This document shows positions 9,125-17,986 of a DNA stretch of 64,000 nucleotides, in pieces. The stretch is from assembly GCA_050951545.1 (NCBI GenBank), contig JBMNJG010000004.1, forward strand, positions 286,117 through 350,116, given 5' to 3'. Positions within the stretch are counted from its first letter, which is position 1, and each line of letters opens with the position of its first letter. The translations under genes and the position numbers were made by a program. The DNA is from Limnochordia bacterium (GTDB taxonomy: Bacteria; Bacillota; Limnochordia; DTU080). Below the pieces are notes generated by a model. It was given only the letters and a program-made list of their open reading frames with translations. It did not search any database and was not told the DNA's origin.

Positions 9125-10612
9125 ATGCTTTTGGCGGAAATCGAGCGGTATCTTGTGCTCGGAGGCACCTTCTTCAGCCGGGGTCTCCTGTTAGCCGCCC
9201 GCGATGCATGGGAGAGGGCGCAAGGCTTGCTCGAGCCTTCTTTGCCCGCGGGATATGGCGTACGCATTCACAACGCCTTGGGATCTCTATTCCTTGAGTT
9301 GCGCTCCTATACGAATGCCCTACGTCATTTCCATTGTGCCAAGGAGTTCTGTGCCATGGCGGGCAACAAGCAGCCCGAATACTGCCGAGTACTCAACAAC
9401 CTGGCCCTCAGCTATCTGCAGATGGGGGATTTGGATGCAGCACTGCCACTATCGTTGGAGGCCGTAGAGCTCTTTCCTTCAGGAGGGCCAATGGAGTTGC
9501 ACGCCTCCATCAAACTCGTTGCTGGTGTCAGCCAGCTCAATCATGAGGAATGGCAGCGAGCTCGTGAACACCTGGAGTGTGCGCTTGACATGTTCTCAGA
9601 GATGGGGAAAAGCCGCGAGAAGGGGATGTGCCTCAATAATCTGGGTATTATCGCCATGGAACAGGGTGACCTAACCGCTGCACAGACTCTCCTGGAGTCT
9701 GCACTGTCTGTCTTGGAGTTGGTGCATGATGTGGCGCCGCGAGCATATGCCCGCACGGAACTGGGACGCTTGCACTTCAAACAAGGGGATGTGCCGCAGG
9801 CGCTGCATCAAGGCAGTGCTGCTCTGCACACTCTATGGAGGAACATGGGATGGATGGATCGCGCTGAAGTAGCTCGGCTGTGTCGTCTTTTTGGCTCTAT
9901 CTTTACCCTGAAAGGCGACCGGACCACAGCTCTAGGGTACCTTCAGCGAGCGACAACCTACTTCGCTCAGAGTCAGATGTGGCGGGAGTGGGCTCTCGCT
10001 ACCCATGAACTTGACGGCGTAATTCGGAAGCGAAGTCTACAGCGAGAGCGAATCGTCGTGGAGTGGCAGGACCAAGAGCTGTTGCGCTACCTCACAACTC
10101 TGCTGGGACTCATGGACACCCTGGAGAGTCTGTACCCGGAATCGCTACGCACACTTGAGCTCGTCATTCGCTATGTGCGAGTGTTGGGCGGTGCCACTGG
10201 TGTTGATGAGCCGCGTCTTTCTCAACTGATGACAGCGGCGCGCCTTCGCGATGCTGGGCTGACCAGCGATAGCGACACAGCCGCTGGCAGGGAGACGCCA
10301 GGGGGTGGCCATCCTGCCATGAGTGAACGTGTCTTGGCCATGTTTGGGATGCCGGTTGAAGTGCTACGAGCGGTGCGACACCATCACGAAAACTACGATG
10401 GCTCGGGCTACCCAGAGGGCCTGGAGGGGGTAGCCATACCACTGGAATCACGCATCTTGAGTTTGGCCGAGAGGTATGTAGGCGCGGTTGAGTATGAACT
10501 GGCGCACGGCCTAGGTTTCCACGAGCGAGCCATGAAGCGCTTGCTCCGCGAACGGGAGCAGTTTGATCCCCGGTTGCTCGATATCTTTGAGAAACTGCAT
10601 CATATCCTCTAA
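9125..10612 (+). CDS. TPR-repeat protein with C-terminal degenerate HD-GYP domain
   Basis: TPRs IHNALG, VLNNLALSY, CLNNLGII, ARTELGRL; HHENYDGSGYPEGL.G..IPLESRIL; ORF open from 9032, ATG 9125 has an SD-like GGGGTG. Confidence 0.85.
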   Translation: MLLAEIERYLVLGGTFFSRGLLLAARDAWERAQGLLEPSLPAGYGVRIHNALGSLFLELRSYTNALRHFHCAKEFCAMAGNKQPEYCRVLNNLALSYLQMGDLDAALPLSLEAVELFPSGGPMELHASIKLVAGVSQLNHEEWQRAREHLECALDMFSEMGKSREKGMCLNNLGIIAMEQGDLTAAQTLLESALSVLELVHDVAPRAYARTELGRLHFKQGDVPQALHQGSAALHTLWRNMGWMDRAEVARLCRLFGSIFTLKGDRTTALGYLQRATTYFAQSQMWREWALATHELDGVIRKRSLQRERIVVEWQDQELLRYLTTLLGLMDTLESLYPESLRTLELVIRYVRVLGGATGVDEPRLSQLMTAARLRDAGLTSDSDTAAGRETPGGGHPAMSERVLAMFGMPVEVLRAVRHHHENYDGSGYPEGLEGVAIPLESRILSLAERYVGAVEYELAHGLGFHERAMKRLLREREQFDPRLLDIFEKLHHIL

Positions 10613-10617
10613 GGGCC

Positions 10618-10646
10618 TTTACAAATGATGGAAGATCTTCCATAAT
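10618..10646 (+). promoter_or_regulatory. sigmaA-like promoter TTTACA-17-CATAAT overlapped by 16-bp palindrome ATGGAAGATCTTCCAT (10628-10643)
   Basis: Read directly between the TPR-HD-GYP stop codon and the peptide gene. Confidence 0.65.
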
Positions 10647-10722
10647 AATCAGTGATGGCAAGGCTTTCGTGTGCGACCGGGGGGCTCGCGAAAGCACGCC
10701 GACCACAAGGGAGGGACTGACC

Positions 10723-11031
10723 ATGAAACGATCGATGGTAGTGCTGGCCCTAATGGTGGCGTTGGTGTTCTCCGGCGCTGCTTCTGCTTGGGCTGGCAAT
10801 GGTTATTCAGGGGGACAGTCAGCAGGCCATGGGGCCTCTGCCACCAATGGCCCCATGTTGCCCGGTGGCAGTTGGAATTGTGAGGGACAACCGGGAGATT
10901 CAGCGGAGATCGCGACTTGTGGCCCCATGTTGCCCGGTGGCAGCTGGGATCTAGAGGGACAACCGGGGGATTCGGCGGTCATCGCGACTTGTGGCCCCAT
11001 GTTGCCCGGTGGCAGTTGGAACATGGAGTAG
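10723..11031 (+). CDS. Secreted pre-pro-peptide (102 aa) with 3x GPMLPGGSW
   Basis: SD AAGGGAGG; Sec signal MKRSMVVLALMVALVFSGAASAWA; repeated core motif. Confidence 0.85.
   Translation: MKRSMVVLALMVALVFSGAASAWAGNGYSGGQSAGHGASATNGPMLPGGSWNCEGQPGDSAEIATCGPMLPGGSWDLEGQPGDSAVIATCGPMLPGGSWNME
10849..11021 (+). repeat. 72-bp (24-codon) tandem repeat, ~2.4 units
   Basis: GGCCCCATGTTGCCCGGTGGCAG at 10849, 10921 and 10993. Confidence 0.95.
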
Positions 11032-11043
11032 TCGAGCGATAAG

Positions 11044-11745
11044 TCAGCTTCTCTCAGAGCCCGCTTTGGCGGGCTCTGGCGCGTCTGGCGTCTGCAATCC
11101 GGTAGGGCAATAGGCTCGCAGAGCACAGCTTGTGCAGGCAGGGCGGCGCGCCTTGCACACCTGACGGCCGTGATGGATCAAGCGGTGGTGTGTCTGTGAC
11201 CACGTGTCCTCGGGCAGGATCTGCATGAGAATGCGTTCTGTCTGTTCTGGAGAGTGGGTCACCGCCAGAGCGAGACGACGGGCTACCCGAAAGACATGTG
11301 TATCGACGGCCAAGGCGGGGACACAGAAAGCGTTGCTGAGTACGACATTGGCCGTCTTACGCCCGACGCCCGGCAACGCTTGCAGCGCAGCTCGATCACT
11401 GGGTACCTGCCCCTGGTGTTTCTCTACGATCATGCGTGCTGCTTGAACGATGCTACGGGCCTTGTTGCGATACAGCCCTAGTTCTCTTATCCAAGGCTCC
11501 AGCTGTTCGGGTTCAAGTGCAGCTATGGCCTCTGATGTAGCATACTCCTGAAATAGTCGCTTCGTAACCATGTTGACGCGCTTATCGGTGCTCTGAGCTG
11601 ACAGAATAGTGGCGACAAGCAGCTGGAAGGGGTCGTCATAGACCAACTCGCAGCCAACGTGTGGGTACAGCACCTCGAGCGTAGCCAAGATGGCACCTAT
11701 CCGGTTTCTTTCGTCTGGCCCAAGTGTGATGGTCTGCTGTGACAA
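11044..11745 (-). CDS. nth: Endonuclease III
   Basis: LLVATILSAQSTD, LPGVGRKTANVVL, VDTHV, C-x6-C-x2-C-x5-C. Confidence 0.95.
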   Translation of the reverse strand: MSQQTITLGPDERNRIGAILATLEVLYPHVGCELVYDDPFQLLVATILSAQSTDKRVNMVTKRLFQEYATSEAIAALEPEQLEPWIRELGLYRNKARSIVQAARMIVEKHQGQVPSDRAALQALPGVGRKTANVVLSNAFCVPALAVDTHVFRVARRLALAVTHSPEQTERILMQILPEDTWSQTHHRLIHHGRQVCKARRPACTSCALRAYCPTGLQTPDAPEPAKAGSERS

Positions 11746-11814
11746 GAAACACCGCCTCCGCTTTCTATCATAAGTCCTTCACAAGGGTTCCACGTTGACG
11801 CCTGGAATACCTAT

Positions 11815-11863
11815 GGGGCGCACTCATGTCAATGCCGCAGCGTAGAGGGATTTTCAGAGGAGC
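11815..11863 (+). repeat. Dispersed repeat, module B 3' part
   Basis: CTCATGTCAATGCCGCAGCGTAGAGGGATTTTCAGAGGAG matches 26077-26116 and 46918-46957. Confidence 0.8.
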
Positions 11864-11869
11864 TGCTGT

Positions 11870-12811
11870 ATGCGCGACACGCAAGTAAAGTCTGGGATTC
11901 TGGTCATCGGTAGTCTAAATGCGGATCTCGTGGTGCGTGTAGATCAGCTGCCCCGTCGGGGAGAGACTCTCATGGGGAACAACTTCGCGCGTTTTTCAGG
12001 AGGAAAAGGGGCCAATCAGGCGGTGGCGGCGGCCCGATTGGGTGCTCTCACGTATATGCTCGGACGAGTGGGGACGGATCTCTTTGGCGAAGAGCAGTTA
12101 CGCAGCTTGGCGCAGAGCGGTGTAGATACCAGGGCAGTGATCCGTGACGACCAGGGCTCAACCGGAGTAGCTATTATCGCAGTAGAGGAGGGGACAGGCC
12201 ACAATAGCATCATCGTAGTGCCAGGGGTCAATGCACACTGTGATGCGTCTGATATCTACACACACCAGAGACTCGTCCGCCAGGTACGCGTCATGCTGAC
12301 CCAACTCGAGATACCGCTCTCGGTCGTAGAGGTTGCAGCGGAATTGGCACGTCGGGAAGAGGCGCTCTTCATTTTGGACCCAGCGCCAGCCACCCCTCTT
12401 CCAGCGTCGTTGCTCGCAAAGATCGGAGTGATCACTCCGAATGAACATGAGGCAGAGAGCCTATCCGGGGTCTCAGTGAGAGACCAAGCAGGGGCACGAG
12501 CGGCAGCAGTCGCCTTGAGGGCTCAGGGCGTGTCCGCAGTCGTGATTACCTTGGGCGACAGAGGCGTCTTTGGTATGAATGACGAAGAGGAGTTTGTCAT
12601 CGCGGCTTATGACGTGCAGGCCGTAGATAGCGTGGCTGCTGGCGATGCGTTTAGCGGAGCATTGGCAGTAGCGTTGGCTGAAGGCTGCTCTTTGCGACAG
12701 AGTGCCGAATTCGCCAACGCAGCGGCTGGGCTCAGCGTGACCCGCCACGGAGCCCAGCCGTCAATGCCTACTCGTCAAGAGGTGGAGGCCTTTGTGCAAG
12801 CCAACAGGTGA
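11870..12811 (+). CDS. rbsK: Ribokinase
   Basis: GSLNADL, GGKGANQAVAAARLG, TPNEHE, DSVAAGDAF. Confidence 0.92.
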   Translation: MRDTQVKSGILVIGSLNADLVVRVDQLPRRGETLMGNNFARFSGGKGANQAVAAARLGALTYMLGRVGTDLFGEEQLRSLAQSGVDTRAVIRDDQGSTGVAIIAVEEGTGHNSIIVVPGVNAHCDASDIYTHQRLVRQVRVMLTQLEIPLSVVEVAAELARREEALFILDPAPATPLPASLLAKIGVITPNEHEAESLSGVSVRDQAGARAAAVALRAQGVSAVVITLGDRGVFGMNDEEEFVIAAYDVQAVDSVAAGDAFSGALAVALAEGCSLRQSAEFANAAAGLSVTRHGAQPSMPTRQEVEAFVQANR

Positions 12812-13451
12812 TCGTGACAACAAACCCGCTGAGTACTTAAGTGTGGCTAAAAAGTGTAGCTCTGAGCTCGTCATTCGCAAGTCGCGCTTTATCGCACATG
12901 TCTTTCCGGTGCAGAATGAAGCGGAGATGACTGCGGCTTTGCGCTCTGTACAAGCAACGTACGCGGATGCATCGCATATCTGCTATGCGTTTCGGTACGG
13001 CTTGTCTGCAGAAGTGGTCCGTTTCCATGATGCGGGTGAGCCTGGTGGCACGGCTGGGCGCCCGATTCTCGAAGTGATCGAACGCGAAGGCCTGCGCAAT
13101 ACGCTTGTGAGCGTCACTCGCTATTTCGGAGGCACACTGCTAGGGGCCGCTGGTTTGGTGCGTGCCTACAGCGCGAGCGCAGCGACGGCCGTCGCTGCAG
13201 CTGGAAAGGCCACCTACAGGCTTCATCAGGAATATGAGATGCATGTGGATTACCCGACATGGAGCCGGGTGGAGCGAGTCTTTGCTGAGATAGGTGTCCG
13301 AGTGGCCCACACGGAGTATGGGGCTGATGTGTTTGTGCGAATCCACGTCCCAACGACTCATGTAGAAAAGCTATATGGCCTCCTGCGAGATGCCTCAGCA
13401 GGCTCTTTCTCCTGGCATCTCGCAGGAGAGAACTATTATCCTGTGCAGTAG
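12792..13451 (+). CDS. yigZ: YigZ/IMPACT family protein
   Basis: IRKSRFIA, ASH.CYA, D.GEP.GTAG.P, RYFGG.LLG..GL.RAY. Confidence 0.9.
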   Translation: MCKPTGDRDNKPAEYLSVAKKCSSELVIRKSRFIAHVFPVQNEAEMTAALRSVQATYADASHICYAFRYGLSAEVVRFHDAGEPGGTAGRPILEVIEREGLRNTLVSVTRYFGGTLLGAAGLVRAYSASAATAVAAAGKATYRLHQEYEMHVDYPTWSRVERVFAEIGVRVAHTEYGADVFVRIHVPTTHVEKLYGLLRDASAGSFSWHLAGENYYPVQ

Positions 13452-13458
13452 CCATCGG

Positions 13459-14043
13459 TCAATACTCGGGCTTGGGCAGACGCAAGAGCATTCCAGCGCG
13501 CAGACTAGCCACCGTACTTAGTTGGTTTAGGGCTACCAGCTCCTCCGGACTGCTCTGACTGAGCGCCGCAATAGCCTCAATTGTATCGCCCTCACGGACC
13601 CGGTACTCAGGCGGGGCGGGAATGTTGAGCAGCTGTCCAATCTGAATGATGTCGTTACGCAGGTTGTTAAGAAGCCTGATCTCGTCAGTGGTCACCGCGT
13701 ATTGTCGAGCGAGGCTGCCTATCGTGTCTCCCTTTACCACGCTATGCTGGATGATGCCCCAGCGGGCAACAACCCGCGCAGCAGTTTCTATGCCAACGAG
13801 ACCGTCCGCCTGTATTCCCTTTGATCTCTGGAACGCCATGACCGCGTTTTTCGTGTCCGGTCCGTACCGACCATCGGCCACTACATCGTATCCCATGTCT
13901 CGCAGGCGCATCTGGAGTTCAAAGACATCGGCCCCCCACAGGCCTGGGCCCAAGACACGCTGTCCGATACGGGCCGCTGAGCACGTGCCAACAGCGACAG
14001 CAAACGCAAGGCACACAAGCAAGGTCGAACGGCAACACGACAA
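13459..14043 (-). CDS. Secreted PG_binding_1 + 2x LysM protein
   Basis: Signal peptide; G.DV.ELQ.RL..GY..DG.YG..T..AV..FQ; two V..GDT LysM motifs. Confidence 0.85.
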   Translation of the reverse strand: MSCCRSTLLVCLAFAVAVGTCSAARIGQRVLGPGLWGADVFELQMRLRDMGYDVVADGRYGPDTKNAVMAFQRSKGIQADGLVGIETAARVVARWGIIQHSVVKGDTIGSLARQYAVTTDEIRLLNNLRNDIIQIGQLLNIPAPPEYRVREGDTIEAIAALSQSSPEELVALNQLSTVASLRAGMLLRLPKPEY

Positions 14044-14125
14044 AGTGTGCGCACGCAGAGTGCGAGATAGAAACAGGAGTTGTTCCGCCTTTCACAGTGA
14101 AGAATCTTGGCTTGTAGGCCTTGCC

Positions 14126-14154
14126 TAATATGACCATTTTACGAAAAAACATGC
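14126..14154 (-). promoter_or_regulatory. Possible sigmaG-type promoter GCATG-17-CATATTA
   Basis: Resembles the GHATR...CATANTA consensus; upstream of the PG-binding/LysM gene. Confidence 0.45.
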
Positions 14155-14175
14155 ATCCCGCAGGTTGGAACTACG

Positions 14176-15276
14176 TCACCAATCAGGCGGTCTGAGGCTC
14201 TTGGGAATGGACTTGCGTACGGAGGCTGGAGCTCCTGGCCCATATTTTCCGTAAAACCATTGGATCTCTTCTGCGGTTATTCTCTTGAAACCACCTCGCC
14301 TTCCCATCCATGTCAGGGCAGCCATCATCAGAGTAATGATGACTGCGGTGGTAATGATCAGGGCCCGGCCAGAGTAATCATGGATGATGACGCGACGCGG
14401 CTTGTAGGAAGGGCTGGCGAACATCTCCGTGCGCGCCCGTCTAAGCTCTGCCACGGATCGAGCCGCAGCTACAGCACTCGTCAGACGGGCTGGCTCCTTC
14501 GGGCCAATGATGGGACTGCCAGCGGGGTCGCAAAGACGCACGCGATGTACTCCGGGAAGCTGCATAGCTAGACTCTGAATCCTATCGGCCAAGCGCGGTT
14601 CGATATCGGCGACCACTTCCAGTAAACCGTCTTTATGGGCGCGCACCTCGGTAATCGCCTCTTGAGGCAGAGCCAAGCTACGGGCCAGCCATAGGCGCGC
14701 TGTGGCCGCTACCAGCTCCTCCCATTCCGGATGACCGATGAGAAGTAACAGACGATCATGCAGAAACTGCCAAAGGAGAACTATCGCAGGACCAGAGAGA
14801 ACCGCCAGCAGAGGACTACCTCGTAGCAGGATCCAGGAGCCACTTGCGAAAGCCAAAGAGACGAAGCCCATGTAACCAGCAGTACACGCGAGCAGGTGAA
14901 AAGGGCGGATCCTCAGATAAGGTGGTAGCCAGCGCCCGCTCTCTGCGAGATCCATTTTCCGCACCATGCCGTAGGTGGCACCTAGAGCACCCATCATCCA
15001 GGGCCACAGCCAGGGTACAGCAGAGCGTCGCCAGGGCGCGTCTACTGCACAATTGGGATAGGGGCTGTTCTCTGGAAGATGCCCCTGAACTGCCGCAGGC
15101 TCGAGAATGCACGAGCCATACAGCAACAGGATGGGCAGAAACACTGTCATGGTCACACCAACTAGGAAGCCAGCCAACACGACGATCCAAGGGAGCGTCT
15201 GGATTACAGCTCCGTCTCGCACGGCGGCATCCAGGTCGACACGTGTACATCTCTTCGAAAAGATGGAGAACATCAT
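14176..15276 (-). CDS. Hypothetical multi-pass membrane protein
   Basis: 366-aa ORF with several hydrophobic segments; no recognised family. Confidence 0.6.
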   Translation of the reverse strand: MMFSIFSKRCTRVDLDAAVRDGAVIQTLPWIVVLAGFLVGVTMTVFLPILLLYGSCILEPAAVQGHLPENSPYPNCAVDAPWRRSAVPWLWPWMMGALGATYGMVRKMDLAESGRWLPPYLRIRPFHLLACTAGYMGFVSLAFASGSWILLRGSPLLAVLSGPAIVLLWQFLHDRLLLLIGHPEWEELVAATARLWLARSLALPQEAITEVRAHKDGLLEVVADIEPRLADRIQSLAMQLPGVHRVRLCDPAGSPIIGPKEPARLTSAVAAARSVAELRRARTEMFASPSYKPRRVIIHDYSGRALIITTAVIITLMMAALTWMGRRGGFKRITAEEIQWFYGKYGPGAPASVRKSIPKSLRPPDW

Positions 15277-15464
15277 GTTTCGCCCTTATCTGCTTAGGGT
15301 CTTCTAGTTCAGATACTTCCTGGGATCGTGGCGAAATCCTTTTCTATGCTGCATCGTGGACATGAGTTGAGCTGAGCTTGACCCATCTGAGGGCTACGCA
15401 TATACTCTCTGTAGCGTAGCCGGAGGCGCGTCGTATCGCTTCTCCAGGTAGACTGCGGGGGGAC

Positions 15465-17930
15465 TTGCAGGTGGCAGAGCTAGAGAAAAGACTTGGACAA
15501 TCAGAGACGCCAAAGGAGCATCCGGAACTGGAGCCAAGCATGCCCATAGTTCCTTTGCCCGGAATGGTTCTCTTGCCTCATATGATGGCCGCGATCAGAG
15601 TATCTGATGCACGTACCCTTGCGGCCGTGAGATCTGCCAATGCGGGAGAGAAGCTCTTGCTGATCGTCCCGGGCCCAGGGTCAGATGGAGAAGAGGATGC
15701 TGACGAAGAATCACCCGAAGCGATCTACGACAATGACGGAAAGCCTATGCTGATAGGCAGCATTGGTGTCATGGTTAGAATAGAGCAGATAACGGAAAGT
15801 GAAGACGACGAGTGGCAAGTAGCGTTGCGAGCCCTTCAGCGTATGCTCATTCTGGATATCGAGAACACCACAGAGTATGCGATCGCTCGCTGTCGCCTGT
15901 GCCCGGAGCCAGAGCTTGACGAACTCACTGATCCCGAGCTACCACAGCTTATGGAGAAAGCTCTGATCATGGTAGAGCATCTCGTAGACTTGGTGCCAGG
16001 TCTACCTGCGGGGGTTTTGGAGTACGTTCGGAAGCTTGACCACCCGGGACATCTTGCGGATCAAACGGGATACTTCCCCGAGTATGAGTTTGAGGAGCGC
16101 CTTCAAATACTCTCAGAGCTCGATCCCGTGCAACGGCTCGAGAAAACAGTAGTCATTCTAAAAAAGCACGTGGGCAAGATGCAGCTACGAGCAGAGATCC
16201 TGGCCGAGGTCAAGGACGAGATCGACGCCAATCAGCGAGAGATCTTCTTGCGTGAGCAGTTGCGGGTGATCAAACGAGAACTCGGTGAAGATGATACTGA
16301 TTCGTGGTTGCTTGACTTGCGACACCGCTTGGAGCAGGCGGATCCCCCGCCCGAGGTGATGCGCAAAGCCAAGCGCGAATCCGATCGACTTAGTCGCCTA
16401 GGACCGCACGTACCTGAGACTGCGGTCATCCAAAACTACCTGGAGTGGCTTGCTGGTCTTCCTTGGTCAACCGAGACGACGGACAGCATTGACTTGGTGC
16501 AGGCAGCTACTGTCTTAGACGAGGACCACCACGGACTGGATCGCGTCAAAGAGCGTATCCTCGAGTATCTAGCGGTAAGGAAGCTAGCTGGAGACAAACT
16601 CAAGACACCCATCCTGTGCTTTGTCGGTCCACCAGGTGTAGGTAAGACGAGCCTGGGTAAGTCCATCGCCCGAGTGATGGGGCGCCGTTTCGTGCGCATT
16701 TCGTTGGGCGGTATGCACGACGAAGCCGAGATTCGGGGACATCGGCGCACGTATGTCGGAGCCATGCCTGGTCGCATCGTACAAGGAATGCGTGATGTCG
16801 GCGCGCGGAACCCGGTTTTCATGCTTGATGAGATAGACAAGGTAGGGCGAGATTTCCGCGGTGATCCGGCGGCAGCTCTGCTAGAGGCTCTGGATCCTGA
16901 GCAGAACCATGCTTTCACTGACCACTATCTTGAGGTCCCGTTTGATCTCTCGCATACGATGTTTGTCACCACTGCGAACACCTTGGATACCATCCCCCCG
17001 GCTTTACGGGATCGCATGGAGGTCATCTCCATTTCTGGTTATGCAGAGGATGAGAAGCTGGCGATCGCTCGCGAATTCCTGCTACCAAAACAGATCGCAT
17101 CGCATGGCCTGCGCCCCGAGCAGGTGGTGGTCCGAGACGACGCGCTCTTGTCACTGATACGTGAGTACACGCATGAGGCTGGGGTGCGCGGCCTGGAGCG
17201 AAGCATTGCAGCGATTGCGCGCAAGCTGGCTCGCAAAGTCGTGGAAAACAAGATGCCCCGATCCGGCAAATTCACGGTACGGGCTAAGGACTTACCAGAG
17301 CATCTGGGCCCCCAAGTATACGAGTTCGGCCTGCGAGAAGCCAGCGATCAGGTGGGCGTGGCCACTGGTGTTGCCGTCACCGAGTCAGGTGGTGAGGTGT
17401 TACCCGTGGAGGTCTCTGTTCTAGAAGGCAAGGGCGAGCTACTGCTTACCGGGCAACTCGGTGATGTGATGAAGGAGTCAGCACAGGCGGCCCTCACCTA
17501 TGCCCGTTCTCGCCTCACTGATCTGGGCCTAAGTAGCAACGCCTTTGACAAGCGCGATGTACATATCCATGTTCCCGCTGGTGCTATCCCCAAAGACGGC
17601 CCTTCAGCGGGCATTGCATTGGCTACCGCCTTGCTGTCAGCCGTATCGGGCAGGGCCGTACGGCGGGAAGTAGCGATGACCGGGGAGATCACTCTGCGGG
17701 GCCGAGTGCTACCCATAGGTGGGCTCAAAGAGAAGGTGCTAGCAGCGAAGGCTGCAGGCATCACGGAGTTCGTCTTGCCAGCGCGCAACCGGAAGGATCT
17801 ACCAGAGCTATCGCCTATTGCTCGCAAGAACATTAGGCTAATCGCGGTGGAGCATATGGATGAGGTATTGAGCGTGGCGCTTACTCCGCAAGATGGAGGC
17901 CAGTCGGATGTCGCTGGAACCGCCATATGA
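15465..17930 (+). CDS. lon: ATP-dependent Lon protease
   Basis: GPPGVGKTS, RGHRRTYVGAMPG, PKDGPSAG, IGGLKEK. Confidence 0.97.
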   Translation: MQVAELEKRLGQSETPKEHPELEPSMPIVPLPGMVLLPHMMAAIRVSDARTLAAVRSANAGEKLLLIVPGPGSDGEEDADEESPEAIYDNDGKPMLIGSIGVMVRIEQITESEDDEWQVALRALQRMLILDIENTTEYAIARCRLCPEPELDELTDPELPQLMEKALIMVEHLVDLVPGLPAGVLEYVRKLDHPGHLADQTGYFPEYEFEERLQILSELDPVQRLEKTVVILKKHVGKMQLRAEILAEVKDEIDANQREIFLREQLRVIKRELGEDDTDSWLLDLRHRLEQADPPPEVMRKAKRESDRLSRLGPHVPETAVIQNYLEWLAGLPWSTETTDSIDLVQAATVLDEDHHGLDRVKERILEYLAVRKLAGDKLKTPILCFVGPPGVGKTSLGKSIARVMGRRFVRISLGGMHDEAEIRGHRRTYVGAMPGRIVQGMRDVGARNPVFMLDEIDKVGRDFRGDPAAALLEALDPEQNHAFTDHYLEVPFDLSHTMFVTTANTLDTIPPALRDRMEVISISGYAEDEKLAIAREFLLPKQIASHGLRPEQVVVRDDALLSLIREYTHEAGVRGLERSIAAIARKLARKVVENKMPRSGKFTVRAKDLPEHLGPQVYEFGLREASDQVGVATGVAVTESGGEVLPVEVSVLEGKGELLLTGQLGDVMKESAQAALTYARSRLTDLGLSSNAFDKRDVHIHVPAGAIPKDGPSAGIALATALLSAVSGRAVRREVAMTGEITLRGRVLPIGGLKEKVLAAKAAGITEFVLPARNRKDLPELSPIARKNIRLIAVEHMDEVLSVALTPQDGGQSDVAGTAI

Positions 17931-17950
17931 CAACTGTCAAGCGATTCCCC

Positions 17951-17979
17951 TTGACACAGCACACACCTACTGCTAGTCT
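17951..17979 (+). promoter_or_regulatory. Promoter TTGACA-17-TAGTCT with extended -10 TG
   Basis: -10 ends 7 nt before the typA ATG; no SD. Confidence 0.6.
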
Positions 17980-17986
17980 ATTGACT

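Noticed and set aside
10849-11021. 72-bp periodic repeats as a mini CRISPR array
   Set aside because: The would-be spacers are near-identical, the period is an exact 24 codons inside a signal-peptide ORF, and no cas genes are present.
10723-11031. Repeated peptide as a RiPP or AgrD precursor
   Set aside because: No modifying enzymes, AgrB or dedicated transporter nearby, and it has a Sec signal; not fully excluded given the Cys before two cores.
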